A DNA stretch of 64,000 nucleotides, taken from contig CM120641.1 in the NCBI GenBank assembly GCA_051362555.1, forward strand, positions 26,480,401 to 26,544,400, read 5' to 3'. Position 1 is the stretch's first letter. The number at the start of each line of letters is the position of its first letter. This document shows, one piece after another, positions 1 to 12,806 of this stretch. Made by a program: the position numbers and the translations under genes. This DNA is from Lingula anatina (Eukaryota > Animalia > Brachiopoda). Under the pieces are notes generated by a model that searched no databases, was not told where the DNA came from, and worked only from the letters and a program-made list of their open reading frames with translations.

Positions 1-185
1 TAGCAGAAACTGGAACAGTCATGAAATATTAATTAATACATAGATAGATAGAAAAAGATATATATATCAATAATAAGCATTTTTGTAGACTACAACAAAG
101 TGGGAATTTGAGTAGCAGTGGTCATCATGGTTACTAAAAAATGTGTTGTGTTATTTCTTCATGTATCTTGAAATGAAAAAATGTA

Positions 186-188
<3 letters not shown>

Positions 189-253
<65 letters not shown>
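189..253. repeat. (TG)n microsatellite in a CFAP61 intron
   Basis: Uninterrupted TG run; it explains the VCVC and HTHT ORFs. Confidence 0.97.
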
Positions 254-257
<4 letters not shown>

Positions 258-289
258 CGTGCTTGTGCTTTTGTGTCTGTGTAAAGTAC

Positions 290-2394
290 CTGGATCCCAG
301 AAGTTTGTCTTTGACTTGGTCTGGGGGCAGTTCACCTGGCAGACCACGCGGTGACACCAGGGTGATGTTATTAAACCGGAGGTGAGGACTGAAATAATAA
401 AAAATAGTGACAATAATAATATAATAATAATAATATTTATTTTGAGTTTAAAGTCCAAATTTCTTCAGTAGTCTTTTTATGATGCAATGTGCACAAATAA
501 AAACATTAATTAAAGAAAAGAAAAAATTTATTAAAACGGAAAAATTGATTGAAACTTACAAAGTACAAATTTAAAATGTTACTTTATCACTCACTTTAAA
601 AGGTCATTTATAAAAAAATTCTTTTCATAATTGGTTTCAAAAGATATGTGTTGAGTTTCCTTTTAACATACAAATACCAAGCTTCATATTCAAAACAGCT
701 TTTGCACATACCTTTTACAATTATAACTGGCTTAATCAAAACTAATAGCATTTACTATAACATGCAGGTAGCCTTAAAATGCACTCACAATTATTTTTGT
801 CTATAAACATTGTTAAATGTGAAATTTTCCAAGCTAGCAGAATAGTATATGCATATGATAGTATATGATAATAAAGATTATTGCATTATTACCCTTGCCA
901 TAAACTACTGTACATATAATGTTTTATTGATGATGTTCAAATTCACACAGATTTCTTTTTAATTCCACTTATCTATGGATCCACGTACCAGAACACCAAA
1001 GTCTCCAAAAATGCCACCCCAGTATCCGAGGCTCCCACCACCACAATACGGGCATTAATGACAACCTTCAGAAAAACAAAACAGAAAATGAATATGACAT
1101 ATGAGATCATTAAAAAAAACTTAAATAATAATCTTTAATGTCAGACTTTTAACATGATTACTTCATGATTACTATTATATCTTAACCACTCTGCAAGAAT
1201 TAAATTGTTATTTGACAATATATACAAACATGCACACATTTTCTTGACACTTTTTATACATATTCTTGACATCCCTTGGGAATGGGGTTAAGAAGCCAAC
1301 GTGATGTTTCTTTCTAATCGGTGTCAATCAATTAACTATTTTTAATGCATGCAATGGCCAGTTCTTTCTGCTTCTAGCGCAAGCCCAATATTTAATTTGG
1401 GTTGACTATTGCAGAATAATCCTGAATCAAAGAAGGTCAAAACAATTGTATTAGTAGTTCACTGATTCACCACTTTTCAGTTCTTTCTGCTTCTAGCTCA
1501 AGCCCAATATTTCATTTGTGTTGACTATTGCAGAATAATCCTGAATCAAAGAAGGTCAAAACAATTGTATTAGTAGTTCACTGATTCACCACTTTTCACC
1601 TTTGGTTCCAGAGTAAGTTTTCTGTTAATGTGGCACAATGCATATGGCTCCTTCTCCTGCAGGATCCTCTCAGAGGGAGCATTCTCTCTCAGGTTCTCCA
1701 CAGGGTAGATGATCTGTCTGCGAGCTCGCACAGGTACCAAGTCATTAATGGCTGTTATCAGGGAATGCTTCTCCACAATCTGAGAACAGGAAAGAATGGG
1801 TTTAGGTAAAATTATGGGGTATTCTAAAATCTCTAAATACTACCAATATACAATTATTGTTATTGTTACCAGTAAGAGAAAAGATCACTGATTAACCTTA
1901 TTAGGACCACTTTATAACTGAACAAAATGATTCTGAAATATTGCACCTCTATGTAATGATAACTGGGATAGAAATGCCATTATAAAGCAAAAAGGGAAGT
2001 AGTAACTATTATTAATATTAATTTGATATATAGGATAAATCTAGAGTAGTAGTCCAATTAGACATAAGAAATGTTGTTCAAATCATTTTTAAAATGTTAC
2101 TTTTTGGCCTCCTACTATCTTTTCTTAAGTCAAAATAGACCAACAATTTTGGTTCGAGGTGAAATCGACCCATCACTTACCTGACGTGGGGTGTAAGATG
2201 GATAAATGGGATAATACAAACAGGTCTTATGGCCTTGCCTCAACACTTCCTACAACCAACAAAAAATTTTAACAATTAAGCATTGAGTGAAATAACAGCA
2301 ATAAAGAACAAAATGTCTTATCTAATATTGGAAATTGGGGTGGAAAGAACCCTGATAAAGTTAAGCTGCATTATAGATTATTATAGTAACTCTA

Positions 2395-2425
<31 letters not shown>

Positions 2426-4529
2426 CGTGCGTGCACGTGCATGCATGCGTGTGTGTGGATTCGCATGTCTTTTAAATTTTACTCCCATTCAGATCGGGTG
2501 ACATGCATGTCATAATTAAAATAATATAAATTTATGACAAGTTAGCCTAGAAGAAGGTACTGTACCTTCAAGAAGTGTTTAGAATAGTGCTGGAATGCTG
2601 GATTCATTGCAAAGTGATGGATATGACCATGCTCATCTCTCTTGTGATGGTTAAAATACACAAAGTCCTCAATATTGTAGTGGGAGCGAATGTATTCTAT
2701 GTCCTGAAAAATAGTATTAACAGGGGTTCTTAAAAATTTATCCACACATTTGTTGCAAATTATATACCATTATCTCATTTCCAATTAACATTAAAAGTTA
2801 ATGCAAAAAAAAATTGCTTGGACACTTAAGTTTACCTCCAAGTTTAAAAACCAAATAAATGGCAAATTTACACATATATTAGTAAAGCATATCTGTGTGT
2901 CTCTCACCTCTTCGTTCCTGATGATGGCAATGCCGACAACTTGGCCACTGCAGTCAGCCACAAATGCTTGAATTGGTGTGCCATCCTACAAGACAGTGGT
3001 TATACAAATATAAGATGATAAATTAACAGTCTTGGAGCAGCTGATTTTCATTGCAGAGAGTGAGATTTCTGAAATTAAAAACTTTAAAATGATCACTGCA
3101 AATGCCTGCCTCTATCATTAATATACAGTTTACAAATTAAGTACCATATACTATCCCTGGAGTCTCTTTCGCAAAACAACTAGTCTAAAATGGATAAAGA
3201 CTAAGAATTTAAGCTAAAAAAGATGTTTCACATAGAATGTTAAGGCCACTAAGCTCATTTATGTCTCCTCCATCTCAGTGTACCACAAACTTTTATGGTC
3301 TCATTCATAGCAAGAAAGAAGGCAACAAGGAGTATTGATTGTTCGTGATTTGGCCAAACAAGGCCGCTTTTATTACATAACCCCTCAAACTGTCTTGATT
3401 TTACTACCAGAGGTGACAATTGCCCATTTAGGACTGTCAGCTACACAAGTGTTGGCAAAACACTTTTAGATCTGTATCTCAAAGTCCACGAAGCTAAGCC
3501 AAATCAAGCCAAATATTTTTTGTGAAACAAACCCCTGGCAGTGTACCATGTCCCACTTACATCATCTCTTCTGGCCTTGTTGAACTGCTTGAGGTCAGCC
3601 AGCAAGTTCTCATGAAGGTCTAGGGATGACACTAGCTTTTCAACTGCTTCATAATCACTACTGCATGCAGGCCGGATCTCAAAATTCCTTTTCCAAAAAC
3701 AGAAATATGTTTCTTCAGTAGAAAAAATAATCATCAGCTGTTTTTAAATAAGTAAGATGCTTTTTTTTCAATCTCTGACCCAGATAGAGTGTCTGTCCAG
3801 GCTATTGTGTCAATCAACAGGTAACATCACAGTTATTAATATTAATATTGACACAAAGGTATTTTAAGGTATTTTAAAGGTATTTTATCTTTTGATATAT
3901 ATATGAAAGGATTGATGCCTGATCAGTATATGAAAACTGATTGTTTTTCAGACATAATTTATCAGTTAAATATGTTTACCTTATCAAACCAGCTCTATGA
4001 AATAGGTATAATTCCTGTGACAATGTACTTGGGCACCGTGGGGTGGCTCTCTAAAAACAATATAAAACAATAGCATCTAAGAAAAATAAAATCAAATTGG
4101 ATTCTTACCCCATTTCTGTTATAGAAATGAGTGTTATAGAAAGCAACAGCTTTTTGGAATGAATTATTGACTTCATAGCAATAATCAGACAAGTATTTCA
4201 CCATCCTTTCCAAAATGAATCTAATCCAAGAATAGAAGGGTACAAGTCGTATAAAAGAGGTTTCCATTTCAGCAGATTTTATTCTACTTTCAACCATTGT
4301 TTATAAGTGTTCTCCTTTTCCTGACTTCTTCCATTTGTATTATAATATCATAATAACACAAATACATACCACCATCTTTTGTAACAGTGGAAATTCAGGC
4401 ACTAGATGTGGAACTGTCATCACTGCAAAGTCCCTCTCTGGAAACAACTCAAAAGCTTTGGGCAGAAAATCTGTGGACCTACAGGAAAAATAAACATTTT
4501 TTTAGCATTTATTATTATTATTATCATGT

Positions 4530-4607
<78 letters not shown>

Positions 4608-7600
4608 GTTGTGTATGTATGATTGTGGTTGTGTTAGTGTAGAGTAGTGTGTTCGTGCCTTTTCGTTTATGTTCGTGTGTCTCCGTTTCTTTATACAACA
4701 CGCCCCTCTTTCTTACGCGGGACATTCGTTTCTCATTTCTGCCACGTCAACTTACAGAGTAAACTCGGGTTCTTAATAAAGTACAGTGAAAGCTGTTACA
4801 TTTTTGGCGTCCGAACAGGGACCCGAGTAAACTCAATTGTGTGGCTAGATTGGGATACTGGAAGACTGCCCACATCACTGATGATGCCAATCAGATCATT
4901 GTCAATGAGGGATTGACAACCTGGCTAATTGAATGGACGTGAACGATGTCAACAAAGCTCTGACAAGGCATTTGAGTCGGCAGATGACAGAAGTGTAAGC
5001 AGAGTGTGCAATTGTTACGGCAAGTGGAGTTTAACAGTGTGATGCATATAACCTGAAATCCAGTTCCGATATCTACGAGACTGAAAAGGGACAACGCCCA
5101 CAACGTCCATGTATTACGCAACGTGTACTGATCCCACTGGCGAACTGCTAGTAACTGGTGCTTGGAAGGCGCGACCAGGTTCCGCAAGCTGTCTCATGTG
5201 GTATAACCCCTCGACTACTGAAACTTGCATATAAGGACCCTGTTTTAGCTGTCGGGACTGTGTAATTTGAATCCCGCGGGAATGAACTGTGAGTAACAGA
5301 CTGTGTAAAACAATCTATTGTAGATCTACTGTATATATTCTTGTAAATATTTATGTTACCCGTATTTTTCTATAATCAATATTTCGCTAGATTTAGTAGT
5401 TAGATGTAAATATAGGCTGTGATTTAAGTCTTATTTGAGAGAGGTTTTCTTATTCAGACTAATATTTTAGGTTACGCAGCAAAACATATGAGGAACATGT
5501 TACCAAGCTGAGAGATGTGCTGGCACGATTGCAAGATCATGGGTTGAAACTCAAACCTAATAAATGCCGTTTATTTCAGAGGAAAATCCAATACATTGGA
5601 CATATTGTTTCCAAAGATGGAGTACAAACTGATCCAGCAAAGATTGAGGTTTTGAAGTCTTGGCCTGTTCCAAAGTGTGTACAAGATGTGCTCTCTTTTA
5701 TAGGGTTTGTTGAATATTACCGTCGTTTCATTGAAAATTTCAGTAAAATAGCTCGCCCATTGCATGAACTCACGAAGAACCAAGTGAATAAAAAGTCTAG
5801 AAAATCTCAACAAAATTTCAATTGGCTTCCAGAGCACCAGGATGCATTTGAAAAGTTAATAGATGCATGTACTAAATCACCCATCTTAGCATTTGCAGAT
5901 TTCTCCAAACCATTTGAATTGTGGGTGGATGCCAGTAGAGTTGGTCTGGGTGCTGTGCTTTACCAGAATCAGGAAGGTCAAAACAGGGTAATTGCATACG
6001 CAAGTAGAGGTTTGCGGCAAAGTGAAAAGAATTATTCCATTCATAAATTGGAATTTTTATCTTTAAAATGGGCCGTTACAGAAAAATTTTCTGATTACCT
6101 GTATGGAAATTCTTTTATAATCAGAACAGATAACAACCCATTGACATATGCTAACGTCTGCAAAATTGGATTCCACAGGTCAACGTTGGGTGGCAGAGCT
6201 ATCTAATTACAACTTTAACATTTTTTTTGTTTCAGGCAAGTCAAATGTGGAAGCAGGTACTCTTTCTCGAATTAGATGGCAGCAAGAGATTACAGTTGAT
6301 AGTTACCAAGCTATTTTTTATAGTTTTCAGATCCAAGAGCCATTAATTGCTGTTTTTCCTTGTACAGAAAATGTGATTCCAAAGGTACTGTCTGCTTCTG
6401 TTCAAATAAATCAGAAAAAAGATTGGATACAATTGCAAGAAGCAGATCCTATTGTCAAAAATGTACGGGATATTTTGAAAGGTGTGAAGAAAAGAATGAG
6501 AGGGGAAGATGTAGAAAGTAAGACCTTTGGGAGAAAGATAGAGAGAATGGTGCTATGTGATGATGCATTGTATGGTACAAGATGATCTAATGATGGGTCA
6601 GTAACTAAACAGGTAGTTCTACCAGAAGCCTTTAGAAAAGACGCTTGGCATGGTTGTCATGACGAAATAGGTCATCTTGGGAGAGACAGAGCTGTAAATC
6701 TCCTTCAACAGCGTTTTTATTGGCCCGAAATGACAAAGCAAATGTCTCAACACATTAGTGGTTGCCCTAGATGCATAAAATGTAAAACGTTGCCCACTGC
6801 TCGTGCAGAGTTATGTTCAATTTCTTCCTCTGCTCCCTTAGAATTGGTCTGTATGGACTTTCATTCAATAGAGGATGGAAAGGGTGGAGTAGGGAATATA
6901 TTAGTTATTACTGATCATTTCACGAGGTACGCGCAAGCGTACCCCACTTCCAATCAAACAGCAAAGACTACTGCCAGAATCTTCTTTGACAATTTTGTGG
7001 TGCATTATGGATTTCCAAGTCATATTCATACGGATCAAGGCCGAAATTTTGAAGGGAAGATAATAAATGAGTTGTGTCAATTGGCAGGAATAAAAAAATC
7101 CAGAACAGCACCATACTACCCAATGGGAAACGGTCAATGTGAAAGAATGAATCGAACACTCTTAGATATGATGGAAATGCTAGATCCAACTCAAAAGAAA
7201 AGTTGGAAGAAACATATTGGCTCACTTGTGTACGCCTACAATTGTACCCGTAATAGTTCAAGCAATTTTTCTCCTTATTACCTGATGTTCGGCAGACATC
7301 CTAGACTGCCAGTTGATTTGCTCCTTGATCCTCCCAGTGTCAGTATGTCAATGATTTGAAACAGATTGAGCGATTCATATCGATTAGCAGCTAAGCATAT
7401 TGCAAAAGCAGAAACATTTTGATAATAGATCGAGAGGAAGTGTAGTGGCGACTGGGGATCATGTTCTTTTGCGTAATGTCGCTTTTACTGGGAAGCACAA
7501 ACTCGCTGACCGTTGGCAGAATGAGGTGTATATTGTCTCATCACAACCAAATAAAGACATTCCAGTTTTTACAATAAAGAGAGAAGAAGGTGTTGGGAAA

Positions 7601-10600
7601 ACCAAAACGGTTCATTGTAATATGCTCTTGCCAATTTACGCACTACCATTAGAGGAAAGAGAGTTACGTGAGGAACAGAGAAAAAAAATCGACTCAGCAG
7701 ACCGTCCAAAGAGAAGTAAGAGAAATAGAAGAAAACCAGTTTGGTATAATGGTAGCAACTGGGTGTTTTAAATAGCATATAGAATATTTATTTTATTTTT
7801 TTGTAAATATTGTACAGAAAAAACTAATAAAATGGAAAAATTATTCCTCCCTTGTCGTTTTGTAAATGGTGTGGAAACCATTTGTTGTTGGCAGGGGAGG
7901 ATGTAACATGTATATATATATGAGGTTGCGTATGTATGATTGTGGTTGTGCTAGTGTAGTGTGTTCGTGCCTTTTCGTTTGTGTTCGTGTGTCTCCGTTT
8001 TTTTATATAACACGCCCCTCTTTCTTACGCGGGACATTCGTTTCTCTTTTCTGCCACGTCAACTTACAAAGTAAACTCGGGTTCTTAATAAAGTACAGTG
8101 AAAGCTGTTACAATCATTACAATATTATGCTTCTCTCTCTCTTGTATACACCTCGCATAAAATACTAATGTGGTCTTTGGCTGCTGTAATTTTTACCATT
8201 AACTTTTAGCATTGAGAAATGAAATAACAGTACTGTGATATTTTTATTTCAAACTTACCTCATTTCATATCTCTCGTCTATGATAAAAAGCTGTATAGAA
8301 ATAGCATTCAGTTCTCCCTTATATTTGGGTACAAAACTCTTGCCAAGTTTAGGCATCGCCGGACTTAGGTGCTTGGAAAGAGTACTAGCAGTAGGTGGCT
8401 TCACCTTGAAAATATTTAAATACAATTACAACTATGACTCAAAGTACCTTTATCCTCATTCTGTGCTGTTGAATTATTGTTTAAAAATCATATTTTCATT
8501 TTGTTTGTGTATAGATGTGCAGGTAAATAAAACAACTTTAAATGCATCTTTCAAAATTAAGATTGTGTTTTTCAGATACTACAATGATGATAAATTACCT
8601 GGGCTTCAGTTGATTTTTTAGGTTCTGAGGGAGCCACACTGGCAGCTGATTTTACAGATTCTTTTTCTTCTTTCTCTTGTGTTTCCTTTCCCTCACTCAA
8701 GAGAGAAGTGTGACTGCCACCAATATTAGAGTCAGCCAACTTTGGCTGAGCTTGAACATCACCATCTAATTGAAGAAAAGAAATGACATTTTAACCAGAT
8801 TCCTTATTTAACAATTATCTGAGGACTGTTATAATTTACATATCAAAACTAAATTTATAGAACTTATAACTTCTTGAGAAAAAAACTTGCTAAGAGCTTC
8901 ATTTTAAAGCAAAGTAACACCTACTGATCAATTTCACAATTATAAAACAGAAGGAAAGTTTTGTATTAATAGTAACATTTATTTACAAGTAAACATTGGA
9001 TGGTACATTTTCCTAAAATTGATAATTCAAAGCAAGACATTCTAACATACATTTTCTGCATCAAAATTAAAATACATGGATGTACAAAGTTAAATCATAA
9101 AATTACTTAAAAGCTAACAGTGCCCAAATAAGAAAGATGTTTTAAAAACTTTTGTACCTTTTCCAGTGTCAGTTGCAGCTGGACTTTTAATACTGCCTTC
9201 AGTTTTAGCTTCTTCTGTAGGTTTGTCTGCTGCACTGCCATCCACCTTTCCTTTGTCTGATTTCGCAGAGGCTGCTGACTTGGCTGAGGCTGCTGATCTT
9301 GCTGATGATGGTCTTTCTTCCTCTTCTGTGGTGTCTGATACAAATACAGCAGACATAAATTTACACAAACCCTAACTGAAACAGTGACTTCACATGAAAA
9401 TATACACAAATGACTATTATTTATATAGTTTTTAAACTTTGAAAAGTTCTTAAAAGAGAGCAATTAAGCCACTTTTTGGTGCAGCTCATCTCTACTTATT
9501 TGTTTGTCTTTAGAAAGTTAAGAGATTTAAATACAATTGTAACTTGGGGGACATAGATATTAGTCATTTCACATTCAAATACATATAAACCAAAATACTT
9601 TCACCAAAACAGGAATAAATTTTCTACAAGGAAAAAAAATAATATTTTCTATTCTCTGCTGCAAAGCAAATAATTGAACCTGGTGAATGTCTTACGAACT
9701 ATCATAAATTTAAGCACATTTAGTACCCACCTTGCTCTGGGGGTGGCTGCGGGGATGTCTGAGCCGGGGCAGGAGGCTCTAGCTCATCCTCTGGGTGTGG
9801 CTTCCTAAGACCATGATAAGAACCCAGCTCAAAGCAAGTGTTCAGCAGATCAACATTCACATCATCACAGATACTCATAAAGCCTATAGCTGTACCTTCC
9901 ACCTAATGGAGGAAAAGAAAAACTCCAAAATAAATCTACAGGTCATATAAATGTGAAATTCTTCAGATGAAAGGTGGAAATTTTGCGGGAAGTTATGCTG
10001 CAATTGTAAAAAAAAAAGAGAAGAAAATATTTTTCAAAAACTGCTACTGACTGGCCAATAATATGTGTAAATTGACTTAACATTTTAGCGTTCCATTATT
10101 CAGAAGAAGATACGTAATATAATAATGATAATAGCTGGTTACCTCTGCAACTAAACACTGCATATTTTCATCCTGTGCCTCTATCAGTTCTGCCAAGAAA
10201 TAATCTCCATATGTCATCTTCAACATATCACTCTGGCGATTGAATATTGGAGTTAAGTCATCATGGTCCTCCACACTGAAATTATTTAACAAAAAATCAA
10301 AACTTCACCAATGTGGCAGTGGAATAAACGTATTCCACTTGCACCAATAGCAGTGGCATCTATTTCAATTAGATACTTTTGCAAGTCTATGCCTTTAGTC
10401 CACTGATCATACTGTTGCAGACCTCATAAAACCATTTGTCCAAATAAAAATTTACAATTCACAATAAAATCCATAGATAATAGAAAACTTATTAGAAAAA
10501 TCCCTAAATACTCATTAGTCAAATCAAACCAGTAATTTTGAAAAATATGAATTTTCACTAGTCCCACACCAAATCTACCTGCCAATTGCCTCAAATCAGT

Positions 10601-11106
10601 GGTTGGAGTAATCTGCATCTGAACTTTATTTAGGCTGCTACATGTAGGACATGCTGTATGCATATTAGCTTTTCTTAGAACTATTAACTTACGTGGCTTT
10701 CCTGACATGAAGCACTGGTACGTGAGAATGTCTGTGACAAACAAATACCACACAGCCCTCAGGACCCTTGGTTTCTTCCACATGTTCCATTTGTTGAAAG
10801 ATAGCTGCTAGGGCCGAGTCTGGAGAACAAAGAAACACAGAAAACATAATAATAATAATAATGGTTCACTTTATTAGTAAACTAGAAGCTGACATTTTTG
10901 AAATTCTTATGATAACATTCCATTTTCAATTTTAACAAATTCATTAACATCCTTTACCCTTGTCCTAAATTAATGCTTTTCTTATTCACTTATTTCACTT
11001 ATTTATTCAATCATTTATTCATTCACCTTTTCCTTAAGATCTGCACCTAATCTTTAGTCTATTATATTCTATACACTATTATTATAATCATAGTTTAATT
11101 AATCTT

Positions 11107-11149
<43 letters not shown>

Positions 11150-11963
11150 TTGTCAATACAACACCTTCTACCAACCATAACATTCGACTTCTTTCTCAAA
11201 ATTTAAATCACTAACATGAAGCAGAATTACCATTGAAAAACAAACATGTCTTTCTTACCTGGGTAGACACCATTCGGCACCACCAGAAAACAGAAGTGTG
11301 CCTCAGGGACAGCATTGTACATGGTCCTGATGATCTCCCTTGCAGCTCCATGTGAATACTCTGACTTGGCTACAAAGTAATGCATGAACAGAGTGTTCAG
11401 TGGATTGCACTGCTTGGTGTCGTAGTTGCTTTTCAGCCAATCTTCCCATTTAGCCGAATCCACATTTGGAGCATTTGGGTAATCAAAGAAAGCAGCATGG
11501 GCTAAGACTTCGTCTCTCTCATTGCTGAGGGTTATAGACAGCACAGCCTTCTCACTGAAAACATTAGACATATTTTATTATATAAGTAGATATCACAAAT
11601 ATCAGATCAAAGATGGCATTCATTCCTTGAATACATAATATTAAAAAAATATATATCATGTTCTTAAACAAGCACTATAACATTTCCTGAACAATTCATT
11701 ATTTATTTCATAATCAAATATTATCAACATTTAACATCACACCAGAGAGAATTTTACACACTAAGAACAAACTTATATAAGTTATTATCTTATTACATAA
11801 AAGCTACTCGTCAGACTTACATCAAGTTAACAACATTGACTCTGCCAAAGAGTTCATCAGTGCTGGGCTTTACCAATTTGAGAATACTAGGGGCGTCTAA
11901 AGACTCCGTTCTCCTGGCATTGATCACCTCAGTAGCACCCTTACGTGACACTAAAGTTGTCAT
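290..11963 (-). CDS. CFAP61: Cilia- and flagella-associated protein 61, 5' part (at least 17 coding exons; gene continues beyond the window start)
   Basis: Phase-consistent GT-AG exons on minus: 11963-11821, 11554-11259, 10819-10693, 10275-10143, 9902-9731, 9334-9158, 8765-8599, 8404-8259, 4478-4370, 4050-3980, 3687-3561, 2985-2908, 2703-2566, 2249-2181, 1779-1600, 1065-989, 388-290. Peptides MTTLVSRKGATEVINARRTESLD, VEDHDDLTPIF, DIEYIRSHYNIEDFVYFNHH and [33 protein letters not shown] are recognisably CFAP61 (C20orf26). Confidence 0.93.
1359..1598. repeat. Two-copy 119-bp tandem duplication at the start of a CFAP61 intron
   Basis: cagttctttctgcttctagc...cacttttca at 1359-1479 and 1478-1598, with about 3 mismatches. 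Confidence 0.93.
4527..4800 (+). repeat. 5' LTR containing an expanded (TA)n
   Basis: Starts TGTAAC, ends GTTACA, internal AATAAA; matches 7902-8112. Confidence 0.95.
4805..4822 (+). promoter_or_regulatory. Primer-binding site complementary to the 3' end of tRNA-Lys(UUU)
   Basis: TGGCGTCCGAACAGGGAC matches the tRNA-Lys3 PBS TGGCGCCCGAACAGGGAC at 17/18 and lies 4 nt after the LTR. Confidence 0.88.
5478..7771 (+). pseudogene. Disrupted Gypsy pol (RT C-terminus, RNase H, integrase)
   Basis: SKTYEEH...LKLKPNKC, DASRVGLGAVLYQ, TDNNPLTY, HDEIGHLG-CxxC zinc finger and TDHFTRY/HTDQGRNFE core. Frameshift near 6148, in-frame TGA at 6583-6585, another break near 7350-7400. Confidence 0.93.
7902..8112 (+). 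repeat. 3' LTR, preceded by polypurine tract AGGGGAGGA (7893-7901)
   Basis: Copy of the 5' LTR with about 7 substitutions and one 5-bp indel outside the TA run. Confidence 0.95.
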
Positions 11964-12429
11964 CGTGGATCTAGAAATAAGGGATAACATGGATATTTTA
12001 TAAAATATCTTAAAAGAACATTAATCTTACTGCTGGAGATCAAAATGTATTCAAACTGAAGAGGCCAACATGTTGTCCATGGGAAACCGCAATGGAAAAC
12101 TGAAGTAAAGTTAATGCTATGAGCTGTGAATCACTGAATGGAAGACTAGTCAACTGTGGTAAGTTATGGTTTCGTGGTATCGGTACTTAAGGTTCAAACT
12201 CGACGTGGATCATGTGCAACGTTACTGAACACTACAAAATAACTATGTCATATCTGTGTATTTTTATTCACAAGATCCATACGAAAAATTACTTCAAATA
12301 GAAACTGCACTGCGCTAAATAAGGACTCTTCAATCTGAAATTACACAAATTACTTTTGACATTATAATAATAAGAAAAACAAAAATCTTGTCCTGCATCC
12401 AGTATAATATAGACCTTTGACATATCTAC

Positions 12430-12806
12430 CTGATTCACAGCGATTTCAGTTTTTTAAATATTGTACATCCAATATTATTTAGTCTGGGGTCGTCAGAGAG
12501 GCATCTAACTTCAAATCTTATCCGCCATTGCTATAGTCTCTATGGTTACAGGCAGCATATAAAGTGACGATGTCTTATTCTTCATTATAGATAACATTTA
12601 AAAATAAATTAACATTGAGAAAATTTAATAGATATATGTCAAAATTTCTTTTGTCGAAATTCTACCGAATTGTAAATTTTAACAATAAATCTTTCTTACC
12701 GGATGTGTTTTCGAAACTACTCTCACCTTCACCTTGATGTTGACCCAGTTTTTTCGTTGGAGTTTTGTTATTATTTGTTAAATTTTTTAGCACAAAACCA
12801 GACGAA
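12430..12806. promoter_or_regulatory. Bidirectional CFAP61/CRNKL1 promoter region with an RFX X-box
   Basis: The divergent start codons are 844 bp apart and the region is locally CpG-retaining. It has X-box GTCTCTATGGTTAC (12536-12549), YY1-like CCGCCATT (12522-12529), ETS-like CCGGATGT (about 12699-12706) and a probable non-coding CFAP61 exon with donor at 12429. A second X-box-like GTTGTCCATGGGAAAC lies at 12072-12087. Confidence 0.65.

Larger units (their letters stand above)
4527..8112 (+). mobile_element. Ty3/Gypsy LTR retrotransposon, internally deleted (no gag or protease, N-terminal RT missing), antisense in a CFAP61 intron
   Basis: Two LTRs with TGTAAC...GTTACA ends, a 4-bp TSD ATCA (4523-4526 and 8113-8116), PBS, PPT, and RT-RNaseH-integrase order. 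Confidence 0.96.

Noticed and set aside
143-458. ORFs with VCVC, HTHT or YIYI runs (also near 2283, 4387-4725, 27860, 48254-49024, 51862, 61949)
   Set aside because: They are translations of dinucleotide microsatellites; only the real exons they overlap were kept.
4647-5187. ORFs in the LTR and leader as a possible gag
   Set aside because: No gag motifs; they are LTR or leader sequence, and the LTR part recurs at 7866-8168.
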